From: Cyanophora paradoxa CCMP329
Lineage: Eukaryota; Plantae; Glaucophyta
Direction of reading: 5' to 3'
NCBI GenBank assembly: GCA_004431415.1
Contig: QPMI01000414.1
Location: 62,001-126,000 of the forward strand
DNA length: 64,000 bases
Part shown: positions 25,603-37,600 of the stretch, piece after piece
Layout: each line of letters opens with the position of its first letter
Position numbering within the stretch: position 1 is the stretch's first letter
Position numbers and translations under genes: made by a program
Notes under the pieces: generated by a model
Database searches by the model: none
What the model was told of the DNA's origin: nothing
What the model saw: only the letters and a program-made list of their open reading frames with translations

Positions 25603-26814
25603 ATGGATCGATATCTCGACGCCGCCTTGTCGGCAGCAGAGCGCGCGCTTCCTTCCCTCGAGGCCGGCGGCGCCCGAGCGGTCAGCATTCGGGACAGCCT
25701 CTCCGCGCAGCTGCAGCACGCGAAGCTCGCACTCGCCATCCTCAATCGCTATGACAGCGCAACGGGCCTGCTCCGCAAGCACAGCGCCAAGCCCACAGCG
25801 AAACGATACGACGATGTGCGTGTTCATATGCATGCGCAGCCGCGCCCGCCGCGGCCGCCCAGGCCGCGCGCGCCCGCTTCAAGCTCGAGCTCATCCTCGC
25901 GCTCACATGCGTCGCATGTTAAAAGCTCCTCGACATGGCGAGCCGGCTTGTGCACGTGGAGCGCCGCATGTGCGGCCTGCGGGCGCTGTGCACGGCCGAC
26001 GTCGACGCCGCGGGGCAGGACGCCTTCGCTGCCGACGTCACCCTGCTCGCTCTGGTGCGCGCGCGTCGGCGCGAGCGTAGAATGCATACCATAGCATACC
26101 CCGGCCCCCTCCTAGTAAGCGGTACCCCTCTCCCCCGCCGCCGCCCCGCTTCCCCATAAAACGTACCACTCTCCCCTTCAAGGCTGCTCATGATCATTCC
26201 TACCCTCTTCATTCACACTTTACCGTACCCTCATTCCTTGCGCCCGCCCCCCCCCCCCCCCCCCCCCCTCGGCCCTCCCCAACTCCCACCCGCCCACCCC
26301 AACCCAACGCCCGACCCTGGTGACCTCCTCCTCCCTCCTCCTCCTTCCCCCCCCCCCCCCCCCCCCCCCCCAATACACACTGCGCCCTCCCCTCTCCCAA
26401 ACACTCAGTCACTACAGCCCATCTATATGATGCCAGGACCCCGAGCCCCCTCGCCCCGTCTTGAGCTTCCAGCCCTGGCCTAGGCCTGCTGGGCTTCCGG
26501 AATCCAGTCCCGGAGTCCGCCCCCACGACCTCCTCGTTTGGGGAGCTCGAGCACTCCCGCCCTAGCGCCTGCCGCAATGCAGGCTGACGGAGCGCCCCCT
26601 ACGGCCCCCCTAGCTCGCCCTAGCCCCGGCCCACATGTACCATAGTACGTCGCCCCCCGTTCTAGCCCTGTCAGGCTTGCCCTGCGATCGGATCTCCTCG
26701 CCCCCATGTCCCCAGCTCTAGGCCCCACGAACCCCTATATAGCTAGCTCCCCCAGTACCCTAGCTCCGGATCCCTCGAGCTCGAACTCGCAGCACCCCCG
26801 GCCCTTTCCCCGGC

Positions 26815-26849
<35 letters not shown>

Positions 26850-27120
26850 GGCCCCTCGGGGGGCCCTCCTCTCCTCTCCAACGACGTGGGACGCCGCGAC
26901 GGGCCGCGGAATCTACTGCTGTTGCTGACCCAACGGCGCGCGCGCGCGTGCAGCGGGTGCGGGAGGCGGCGGACCGCGGGCTCGAGGCGCTGCAGGCCAT
27001 CGCGGCCCGGATCGAGGCCTCGGGGGGCGGCGCCGGCCGGGGCTCGAGCTCGAGCGCCCTGAGCTCCTTCGCGTACCTCTCCCGGCTGAGCAAAGAGCTG
27101 GATTTGGTGCGCATATGCAT
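25603..27120 (+). pseudogene. Degenerate helical-protein gene fragments interrupted by poly-C-rich DNA
   Basis: Protein-like stretches (YLDAALSAAERALPSLE..., ASRLVHVERRMCGLRAL..., VQRVREAADRGLEALQAIAARIE...) are separated by stops and a C-run tract. No family recognised. Confidence 0.35.
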
Positions 27121-27299
27121 GCGCCCCCGCTCATTTAATTATAATTTGTGCCTTACCATCATCATGAACTGCACCGTGGCACGCGCACGTGCACTCAAGA
27201 TCTAGATCTCAGAGTCTAGAGCTTTATAATCAGGCGATCCGTATGGGTTTCATCGCCCGTGTTTACATTAGCGGCTCACTTGCGCGTTGCGTAGATTAT

Positions 27300-29844
27300 G
27301 CAAGTGGAAGCAATCGAGGGCAAGAGGAGATGGCTTTTCTTCGACGAGGACAAGAAAGTGCGGATGGAGAAGCTGAAGGCGCGTTCGAATCCCGCCGTGA
27401 ACATTTGCACATCAAATCGCAGCATAATCTATCATATAATCGTGCTCGCTTCAGGACGCGTACCTTCGCTACCGCGCTTCCTTTATAAGCGCACCCGGCG
27501 ACATCGTCGCCGGCGTCGCCACGCTCTTCTTGCTCCCCATCGTGCTGCTCTCGATGGGAGAGTTCTGCCCGGCTCGGGACCAGGAGAAGAAGAAGATGCA
27601 AACAATCGAGGAAGAGATCTCCAGGGGAAAATCCGAAGTCGAGGTGCAATGATATCGTGATCATCGGATGACTATAGAGCTATCTCTCCATTCTAGTCAA
27701 GAGCTCGGCGCTGAATCTTGCAGGACACCGTGATGCGCACGTGTGTATATTTAGATTTAGAACCGACGCCGACCCGCTAAAACAAATCGCTTACGTTCGC
27801 ATTCAATGATTCGCCATTCCATTCATATTCGATCAGGTCGAAAACGCGATTCTGGTTCGTAACGCGTGCCATTGTTTTATATATATTCAGAGGATCGATA
27901 TTGGAACCTGAATACGTGAACGTTGGCACGCAGGCTGGTATCAAGGAAGTGCGCTCGAACGTTCTCGAGGAGATCCAGAAAGAACGCGCAGAGATCGCTG
28001 CAAGGATCGACGCCGGCAAGTCTTTCACTCAAGTCGTCGCAGAAGAGGTGAGCGTGCAGCTGCAGATGCTTAGAAATATTTCGAACGAATTCTTCAGTGG
28101 GATGGTCGTGCGTGCATGTGGCTGACAGTCCGTAATTATTCTCAATCCTCTTTTCATGCGCAGAGGATGAAGAAGAACGAGCTCGATGAGCAGCTGCAGA
28201 AAAAAGTCGCGAAGAACAAGTCGGAGTTGGAGGGCATGGCGAAGGCGCTGCAGGCGACGATCCCGGAGCTGCAGGGCGCCCTGCGGGCGCTGTGGCAGCG
28301 CCTGCTCGACGAGCCGGTCGTCGAGGTCGACCCGGCGTTCCCCGCCCTCCTCAAGAAAATCCAGGGTCCGCTCCGCTCCGATATTTCCCGCCTTCGAGGC
28401 TTCCGCCCAGGAATAAGCTAAGCTGGGCTAAGCTATAGGCGATAGGCGGCGCATATGCATGCCCCCACCTAACTCCGACCTAATTGCAATATATAGGATC
28501 CGTATTAGATCCGGCCGGCCGACTGAAGTGTGGCGGGCCCCTCGGTCCCAAATCAAAGAAAATCAGTTCGGGCCCCTTTTTACTAGTGGGAGGAGCAGTC
28601 GGCTGAAAATCTAATCCAGGCTTTTCTTTGATTTCCGACCGTGGGACCCGATGTCGAATTTGATTTCGCGGACGTTAACGTTGTGGCATTTTGCATAGGC
28701 TCTCGAAACGGCGAAGGAGCAGGAGCGAGAGGCAGAAAGACATCGCCGAGAACAGGAGGAGCATCGAAGAGAGCAGGAGAGGCGCCAGCGAGAGCAGGAG
28801 AGACGCCAACAAGAGCAGCGCGAGTACAGACTTTCCCGCGTGCGTGTATTTCCGAAGGCTCTTGACTAGATCTCTACGTGGTGTTTCATTATTCATCAAG
28901 AACGTGTGTCTCAGTGTCCTCTAGAATCTAAATCGTGTATTCCGCGTGCGAGTATAACCGGAGTGCCCTCAGCTTGGAGCGGCTGCGGGAGCCCTTTGTG
29001 CAGTTGTTTTCGGGGGCAACTCGGCGGTTCGGAGTGCTGCTTCGGTTGTCGCCCGAATCGGCTGCTCTGTCGGCTACTGCCTCAGCATCGGTGAGCGGAT
29101 TCGCCTGCCATGCTGCCTTGCGCCGACCTGCCGCCTGGTCCTGATTAAATGTGACTCTCGAAATTAATATGGGCGCAGCGGGTGTCGTGGGTGGACTTGG
29201 ATTCGCTGTGAGGTTCGCTCGGGAGGCGAAGACTCGGCTGCTGTCACCTGCGGAGGTCAACATTTACAAGTCCGAATCGTACGTGGAGGCCTTCTTCAGA
29301 GCCATATTGGGCCCCTTGTTCTGCTACATGTCCAGCGTGGCCGCCGTCCTCCTCTCGTGCGGCTGCGCCGGGGTCGCTGCCTTCCTCCACTTCTTCGGGG
29401 ACAGCGCGGCCGAGAACGCTTCGGTCGTCGCGGCCGTGGGCTGCGCCTTGATGGCCGCGTGCGGATGGGTGCTCCCCCACGTGCTCTTCCCTCCATCATC
29501 TCGTTCGACCTCTCCCGGAATCCGGAGTGCTAGCTATAGCCCTCCTAACCCGCCGCAAAGCCTGAACACGATCGATGTCGAGAAGAAGGTCCGTGCTCGA
29601 TTTACAGAGAGCGAGCTTACTTTAATTTCGCTCACGCTCGAGCTCGGCGTCGCAGATTTCGGCGCTGAAACGCAAGGCGGACGCCATCCGGAGCGTGGCG
29701 AAGGCGGACGAGGACTCGGTCGCCGCCGCTTGGAGGGCCTGGAGCTCGGAGGGCAGGAGCGTCGGCGACCTCTTCCCCGCGTCCTCCTTCGACGAAGAGC
29801 TGCGCAGGCAGTACACGGAGCTCCTTCGGCGCCTGCACGTTTGA
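27300..29844 (+). CDS. Coiled-coil/membrane protein of unknown family, 5' end missing or unresolved (possibly a pseudogene)
   Basis: Exon-like blocks VEAIEGKRRWLFFDEDKK, DIVAGVATLFLLPIVLL, GIKEVRSNVLEEIQKE, an EQERR-repeat exon, hydrophobic segments at 29300-29480, and a last exon ...EELRRQYTELLRRLHV*. Confidence 0.5.
28534..28650. mobile_element. MITE-like 117-bp element with imperfect terminal inverted repeats, in an intron
   Basis: 28539-28562 (ccctcggtcccaaatcaaagaaaa) matches the reverse complement of 28622-28645 (cccacggtcggaaatcaaagaaaa) at 21/24, and 4 of the next 5 outer bases also match. No clean TSD. Confidence 0.5.
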
Positions 29845-30560
29845 TTATATAAATAACAATCGCCGAGTCGTCCTCGCGCCTTAACGTAATTGAGTGAGTA
29901 AAGCGCGAATGCATATTTATGTATCCGAGTGAGTGATGATGAAGCGCGCTGCTTGGCGGGGGTACAGACTAAGGGGCTCGGCAGGCCTAGGGGGTAAATC
30001 TCGAGTGGGCTGATCGTGAGTCTTGCCGAGAGAGTCGAGTCTAGATCTAGAGAGCTTACTTTCTCCACGCAGCCCCACCGCGATGTCTGTCCAGAGAGTT
30101 CGATTTCCCCCGCATGCGCATTTCCCTTCCCTTTCGGCAACCATCGAACCGATCCCGCCATGCCTGCCGGCGCCGATAATGCACTGCGCTAGCGTTCCGC
30201 ACGCCGTGACGCGGAATAATATTTGAGCAGTCGTACAGCAGCGGGCAGGCGCTCAATGGCGCGGACCTAATCTACGGTATTTACAGCGGACGAGGCCCGC
30301 GGCTGCACCTGCTTGCCTCCGGCGGCCGCCCGCGCGCGGGTGGCCTACACACCGGGGGGCGATGGGGGCCTCGACACTCTCAAAGCCTTCGCAATCTGCG
30401 CGCCCATTCGAATGCTCAGCACGAATCCGAATGCGTATTTTACGCGTATGCGCACCCGCTCGTGCCACTCCTTAAGGTCCGTCAGCTCCTGCGCGCGCTG
30501 CAATTGCAATTAATATTGTGATCGATTTTAGAATTTCCGCAAATATGCGAGATCACCAGA

Positions 30561-30773
30561 TCATGCGCGCGAGACCATAGACATAGGCAATTTCCGCAAA
30601 GATGCGCGAGCGCACCTTTCTGTCGCAAAGATGCGCGAGCGGCGAACCACGGCCCGCAGCCTCACGATTCCCTCGGGCTCCATGGAGCCGACGTCAACGA
30701 ACGTGACAATCCGAAGAACGAGTGCATCAGGGAGCTGCGCGAAAGGGTTCGCGCTCTCTTCGGTTCCCGCCAT
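30561..30773 (-). pseudogene. F-box N-terminal fragment
   Basis: MAGTEESANPFAQLPDALVLRIVTFV..LRAVVRR matches the F-box consensus (LP..L..RI....L..V.RR). No convincing downstream exons. Confidence 0.55.
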
Positions 30774-33539
30774 GCATATGCCGCGAAAAGGCCTGCGGCA
30801 AGTTATTTTATTATAACGCGCCCGATCGCGAGCGCTCTCATCATACTAAGTTATAACTTATTACTTAAGACGCAAGCGGACACTTGCGAAAAAAATCGGG
30901 TTAACACGGCCGGCTGAGCTTGCAGTTTCGATTCAGTTCCCCGTTTTGTCGCACCCAATATGAACCCTCATGTGCGAACACGTCGAGTGTCGACATCGGC
31001 GTAGACCCGACTCACCCCGACAGCTGCCACCGCGGGCTCACGAGCTCACTCAGAGTCACGTCGCCGCGGCGCCTCGCAACTCGGAGAGTCGGCCGGCGCC
31101 TATAGGTATAGCTACTAGAGGCTAGGCCTCGACATCGGCGACCCGGCTAGCGGCGGCGAATCGCCGCGGCCGGCGATCGGCGCCGACTCGCCGAGTCGGC
31201 GGCCGCGTGCACACGTACGCGTACACGTACGCGTACGTGGACATCGATTGCGATATCGATCGACGAACTTCGGAACTTCGGAACGTAGTTCCCCAAATCG
31301 ACGTCGTTCCCCAAAACGCTAGATTTTGACATTGTTTGCAATTGCAAACGGAAACTACGTGGCAGATTATCTCGGGCCCGGGTCCGCGGATACGGAAGTA
31401 ACGGAAAATGGCGGATACTAGCAACGGAAAGTAACGGAAAGCTGGACTACATGTACGCAGAGAGAGAGAGCAGCTGGACTACATGTACACAGCTACTCTC
31501 TCTCTCGCTGTGTCTGCATGCAGCTGGACTACATGTACACAGCAGCGCATGCGCAGCGCAGGCTGCAGCAGCGCGCTGCATACGGCAGCTGCAGCTGCAG
31601 CTTCTGTCACAGTGTACCGTAGACTCCGTAGTACATGTGCACGCGTATGTGGCTATAGCGCTAGCGTGCGCTAGCAAAGGCGCTTGTCTTGAAGGAGCAC
31701 ATCAGCAAGCGGAGTCAACCCAGCGCCGCGGAGGTCTCCTGAATTCGAAGTAGCGAGCTCGAGGCGGAGAGAGATTATAATTAATATTTCAATGATTATT
31801 ATTTTGCCACACGTACGCATAGACGTAGCCTCTAGTCACGTAGGTAGCGCATGCGCAAAGCACGGTTTAATTATAAGCACCTGCAGCTGCCCGCGGCCGC
31901 CGCAATGTTGCAAACCGCGAACAGCAGTGCTAATATCGCACTTACAAGCATCGAATTACAATTCATGCGCGTATCACGCTCAGACAGAGACTGCAGCTGG
32001 AATCTGCTGCGCATGCCAGACTGCTGGATCCGATGATCCAGAGTTTGCAAGGATATTCGCGAGACCGACTTATATTAATTACTCGGCATATGCATCGATA
32101 TCAGAAGGCTTCAAAAACAATTATTGGGGAAGGGAAAATCACTTCCCCTGTCCCTGTCCCTCGGGCCCAACCCTACCCCAAATCCCATTTCCCCGACCTC
32201 CTCAAAACCCGGGCCGCGCGGTACACCCTGAAAGCCCATCCCCAGGGGACCCCGAAACCGTGTCTCCCGGTCCCGTCCGACCAAAGGGTGATCCAGGAAC
32301 AGGCACCAACACCCGGGACAAAAAGGGGTCCAGCGAGGCACATGGAGCAGATATACAGGCCGGGCCAGTTCGAGGTCAATGCTTGCATTATGCCCGACAT
32401 TCCGTACTGCAAGAGCGAGGCCGGGCGCGAGCGCGGTCGCGTAGGAGGACGCCGCGCGTGCTAGCCAATCGCATTGGAGAGTGCGAACTTACCCTGCGAA
32501 ACCTCTTAAGGTACCCCCCGGCCGCATTCTCCCCCGGGCGCCGCAGCTCGGCTTGGCTCAACAATGGTTACGCCTCTCGCGCGCGCGGCAGCTTGCTGTG
32601 GCTCAGCGGCTAGCCGCGCCAGCCGCGCACGCTTCACCCGCGCCAACCGCGACCCGACGCAATTGCACAAGCCGGCCGCAAGCCGCCCGCACTTGGCCGG
32701 CTATGCCACTTGCAACAAGCCGACGCCCGCGCGGCGCGCGGAGCCCCCCCGCGCGCGCGATGCGCATGCCTGCTGCAGCCGGCGCCGCTGATCATGAGCT
32801 GGCCCGCTGCGCCGCTTTTTGATCATGAGCGGAACGTGAGCTTGAGCAGCGTCCCCGCGCCCGCGCCCAGATCGCGCGGAGGCCTAGGCCAGCCCCTAGC
32901 TATATAGCAACGCCGTGACGCACGTGCACCCGCAGCACATGCGCACTCGTGCACCCGCCACGCCTCACGCGCGCGAAGGCCGCGGGGCATGCGCAGCCTG
33001 GCAGGAGCTCGAGCACGTCCATATGCATGGCCAGACAAGGTTCCCTCCCTCTTCCCAAGGCCCGCGCCTTACATAGCTATAGCTAGCTCGCTAGGCCCTG
33101 ATCATGAAGCCTTCCTTTAAGAGGACAGCTCGCCTCGATCGCGAGGACAGCCGCTGAGCTCGCCTGGCGTGGCCAGCCTCGGCCGGAGCCGCCCCGGCGC
33201 CGCGGCGGCTCGCCGGCGCCCGGCCACGTGCACCGCGCGCGCGCCTTCTTAAGCTTAAGCGCTAACTTAAGTCCCTGCAGCTCCCCTCTGCATCTAGATC
33301 TTGGATTCGCCGAGGTTAAATGCCCTTCCCCGGACCCAACTGACGCGCGCGGCAAGTCAGTGGCCCTTTATTAAATTTATAAATGGGGGGGTGCGGGGGG
33401 GCTTGCCCCCCTGCTTGTGTTGCGCACAGGACCATGGATCCTCGCGATCGACTAGGCCTGCGCTCTCTGTATATTTCCTCTAGATCTCCCGGCCCGGGGC
33501 CCGGATCCAGTCGACGTCGGATCGGGGTCGACTGGTAGC

Positions 33540-33617
33540 TCTCTCCTCTCTCCTAGCTCTCTTTTCCTCTCTCTCTCTCTCTCTCTCTTCCTCCTCTTCT
33601 CTCTTTCTCTCTTTCTC
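33540..33617. repeat. Imperfect (CT)n polypyrimidine microsatellite
   Basis: Run of ctctctctct/ttcctc visible directly. Confidence 0.85.
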
Positions 33618-33708
33618 GTTCATTCCAATTTCACAGCTGGATCCGGAAAATGGCTTGTTTTATAAATTTAGATAGGCCCCGGCGTGCGTTCCGACTCTGC
33701 GACTCTGA

Positions 33709-33788
33709 TCGGAAGGGCGCGTCACGTAGAACATTGATACATGTGCCGTGGTGTATCAATGCGACGTCCACTTTTGCAAAAAAAAAAA
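33709..33788 (+). mobile_element. 80-bp 5'-truncated non-LTR retroposon insertion with poly(A) and 17-bp TSD
   Basis: Flanked by perfect direct repeats cgactctgcgactctga (33692-33708 and 33789-33805) and ends in A11. Matches 47168-47241 with one mismatch. Confidence 0.9.
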
Positions 33789-34109
33789 CGACTCTGCGAC
33801 TCTGAACGAGTTCGCAAACAAATCATTCAATGATTGAATACTTCGAGGATAAGATTTGAAGTACTTAACTTAGTAAGCTTAAAGCTTGCAAGAGACGAAC
33901 TTCGGAATGCTAATATAACGGCGACACTAACAGAAGCTAGAAAATGCAGTAGATGGCAGAAGAAAATACTACTGGGGCCAGACCGTCGGACGAGGGCGAC
34001 GCCGACAGCTGTATTATATAATTACCGAGGGCGCGGGCCTGGCCTGGGCGGCGAGTTCGTGGACCTCACCGTGGCGCGTCCGAGAACGAGCTCAGGCTAC
34101 CATAGTACT

Positions 34110-34260
34110 CTTCGCTGCTGTCGGAGTCCGCTTGGAGGACCTGGAGCTCGGAGGTCAGGAACGTCGGCGATCTCTAGATCTTCCCCGCATCCTCTTTTAA
34201 CGAACTTCGGAAGAGCTGGGCAAGCAGTACACGGAGCTCCTTCAGCGCCTGCATGTTTGA
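34110..34260 (+). pseudogene. Decayed copy of the last exon of the 27.3-29.8 kb gene
   Basis: Aligns with 29715-29844 (gcttggagg.cctggagctcggagg.cagga.cgtcggcga...cagtacacggagctccttc.gcgcctgca.gtttga), with substitutions and small insertions. Confidence 0.8.
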
Positions 34261-34682
34261 TAAATATTCGCGATCGGTTGTATATTCTGTCATGCCATGG
34301 GTCATATGTATGATTAGATCTGCCTTTAGGCGGGTCAAGTTTAATTTGTTTGTCAATGGTGAACACGATGATTTGGGAACTTTGGAATCTCTTTTTAAGT
34401 TCGAGGCTTTTGAGCTCCAGAACGAGTAGGGGCATCAACGCAATCGATTACGATTGTTGAGTCACGTTTGACTTTAAAGCTGTAATGCGTTTATACTGAT
34501 ATCGATCTCAATGCATTCCCGGCCATTTTCCATGCCCATTTAGATTTGGCGGGCGCGATGATCAAGTATTGGAACTTTGAAATTCGGGAGCCTCTATCTG
34601 AATCCGAGTTTCTGCAGCTTTCCGAGTTTCGAATATTTGTTTGCGATGTACATGTACATGCAGCTGGCATCGATATCGGCTT

Positions 34683-37600
34683 TCAGTCGAACTGGGGCAG
34701 CTGCACGCCCAGCACGCACTCCTCGACCACGTACGGCGCCCGACACTTCGGGCACGCCAGCGGCACGGCCGCGGGGCCGGGGCCCCGCCGGCGGGCGGCG
34801 GCGTCGGCGGCGCGGGCGCGGGAGGCGGCGGTGTGGCCCCTGAAGCACGGCTCGCAGAGGACGACGTGGCGGCAGCCGCTCATGAGGACGGAGGCAGCGC
34901 GGTCGCGGCAGGCGAGGCACCGGAGCTCCTCCGCCTGCGCCTCCTGCTGCCGCCGTGCCCCCCGCGCCGCCTCCTCCGCCGCCTCCAGCCTCCTCCGCAG
35001 CTCCGCAGTCGCCTCTGCCGCGGCCTCCCTCGCCCGCGCTTCGCGATCGGACAGCGCTCGGGAAACGGTGGCAAGGCCGTCCAGGAGCCGCTGGTGCATC
35101 CGCTGCAGCCGCTCCGCGGGGAGCGCTGCGAGCGACTCCAGAGCGAGGGGCGGCGGCTCCGTTGCCGGCGCCGGCACCGCAGCCGGCGTCTGCGTCTCTG
35201 CAGCCGTTGCCGTCGACGTCGCGGTCGACGTTGTCCGCAACTCTGCCGCCTCCGCCCGCTCCTCCGCCGCCCGTGCCCGCGCCTCAGCGGCACCCGCCCG
35301 CGCCTCCGACATCGCAGCATGCGCCTCCGCCTCTTCAGCCCGCGCATTTGCAGCCACCGCTTGAGCATCCGCTGCCTCGGCCCGCGATCGCAGCGCCGCC
35401 AGTTGCGCTGCCCCCTGCACCGCGATAAATATTAATTCTAATTCTGTGATCATGAGCCCCAGTGTGTGAGCACCTCCCTCAAGCCGGCCTCCAGGCCGCT
35501 GGCGTAGGATCGCCCCGCCTCATCCTGCGCCCGCGCCAGCTCCCCGCGCGCCGCCTCCGCCTCGCCCCGCGCCTCGGCCGCAGCGGCCTCCGCCGCCTCC
35601 TTCGCGGCCCGCGCCCCGTCCCGCTCCGCCACCGCCTGCTTCCTCGCCTTCTCCGCCGCCCGCAGCTGCTCCTCGGCGGCCCGGCGGGCGGCCTCCGCCT
35701 CCGCCAGCTTCTTCCTCGCCGCCTCGCGCGCCTGCCTGCAAGGGCGTCAGGAGTCGGTTGCAGTTACAAATTATAATTAAAATAATGCGGCAAGGCCTGT
35801 ACCTTTGGTGATCGCGGTCATTCTTGGCGCCGTCGGCCTCGCGCCGCGCCCGCGCCGCCTCAGCCCGCGATGCCGCCAGCTCACCCTGGAGCTGCTCGAG
35901 CGAATTCTTCGCCTGCTCAAGCTCCACCCCAAGATCGGCTGACGCTGGCACCGGCGCTGCGGCTGCTGTTGCATCGGACGCGGTCCCCATGTCCAGGCTG
36001 GTCTCGAGGGAGGCAGATATCGATGACCGTCGGACCGCTGCGGTGCCTCGAGCTCCACAAGACGGAAGCGAACTTTAAATACAGAAACGCTGCCGGAAGA
36101 TAGGCCGACGGCGAAGAGACCCACAGAGGGAAGCGTCACAAGCGCAGTGGACGGACAGAACTCTGGGATGTCTCCGGAGACGGGAAGCAAGTGCACTGGG
36201 TCGGAGGAGGCTTTGGCGGCCGCGAAGTCGAAGGCCCAGCAGCATTGCGTAGAGGATTTCCGAGGTCCAAAGAGGATGTGAATCCCACAATAGCTCGCAC
36301 ATCGATATCCCAACCCGCCCAGCTGCAGCAGGCTGTAGCGAGTGGGTGATGGGAGTTTTGTCCACAGGCGATTGTTCATGTTGTAGCACCAGGTGCTAGG
36401 AACTGCAGCCGATTGGAACGCAAAGGCATGTGAGCCGGTAATTATAAGTTTAGCCGCGCTGAACTACATATTACTCATGAAGGCCATGATCAGCAGACGA
36501 ACCGGATGGAGTGTGCACGTTGGGGTGATCGTAAAAGGCAAAGCAATCACCTTCTTGGCTTAGCCTGGCCATGGTTCGCATGGGTTTCGAATTCATTGTC
36601 AGCTGCAGCGCTGAAGCGCTTCCAAATTTGATTGTCCGTACCATCCTGATTTGTCTTCGAGGACTTCACAATCAGGCCACACCTGGTCACTCTCTTGCTC
36701 GATCTCTGTCCATGACCTGGAACGGAAATGAGATCGAGATCGATACCGTAGCCGGCAGCGGAGGAGTATAACACTTTTTTAGATTGTTCAAAGCATATGG
36801 CGTCCATTGGAATGGCGCGACCCCCGTACCGATCAGCGAAGGAGAAGATCCACATATCGTTGAAGAAGCGATGACCCGTGTGCCCCCCCAACACGATGAG
36901 GCACCCCTTCTTCTGATTGACAAAAGCGAGAGCGCCCGTACGGCCAGGCGGGGCATGCCCAACCACGCTCACTTCTGACCACGCCCATGTTTGCGGGTTC
37001 ATCCTGAGGCTTCTCAGAAGAACAGCAGTGCTCGTCGAGTGCTCTAGCATATAGTGCTATTGATTGTGATGGCTCGAAATTTAGGAAAATGACGCGAACT
37101 TCCACATTTTATTGTTTGGCTTCAAGTTCCCGAGATCGAAGCCACCCCACAGCCAGATTTCGCCCTGAGCATACACCTGTGCCATCGTCAATATTAGATC
37201 TAGAATCTCCACTGTTACCCGAAACCAGACGCACAAACACGGCGCCTGCAAGCTTGGGGATCGGCGTGGGGCCGCAAGGGCCTTGGAAGTACCATTCCTT
37301 TGCTCTCAAATCGTAGATCCAAAGATCACAATCGCGGCCGCGGTAACCGTACAGTACGATGCAGGGTCGTTGTGCGTTCCGAGCTCCGAGGGCACCAAAG
37401 CAAGCCACAGACGACGAGATCAAGTCCGGTGGCGGACGGTGCACACGCTTCGTCTCGCTGCCGACGTCCAGCAGTTCAAAGGACACGCAAGGCCGCAAGC
37501 CTCGCTGCTCCGCTCCTTCCAGCTCTCGCTCCTCCAGATCTGCTGCTGCTAGCCATGGGACATCTGCCGATTCCTCGTCTGCATCTTTCGAATTCGCTGG

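Noticed and set aside
26815-26847. Long C/G homopolymers as telomeric or functional G-quadruplex elements
   Set aside because: No regular telomere unit, and homopolymer lengths are unreliable in assemblies.
31792-32613. 273-aa ORF as a transposase or Fanzor/TnpB
   Set aside because: No DDE, RuvC, RT or tyrosine-recombinase motif is recognisable; probably decayed repeat DNA.
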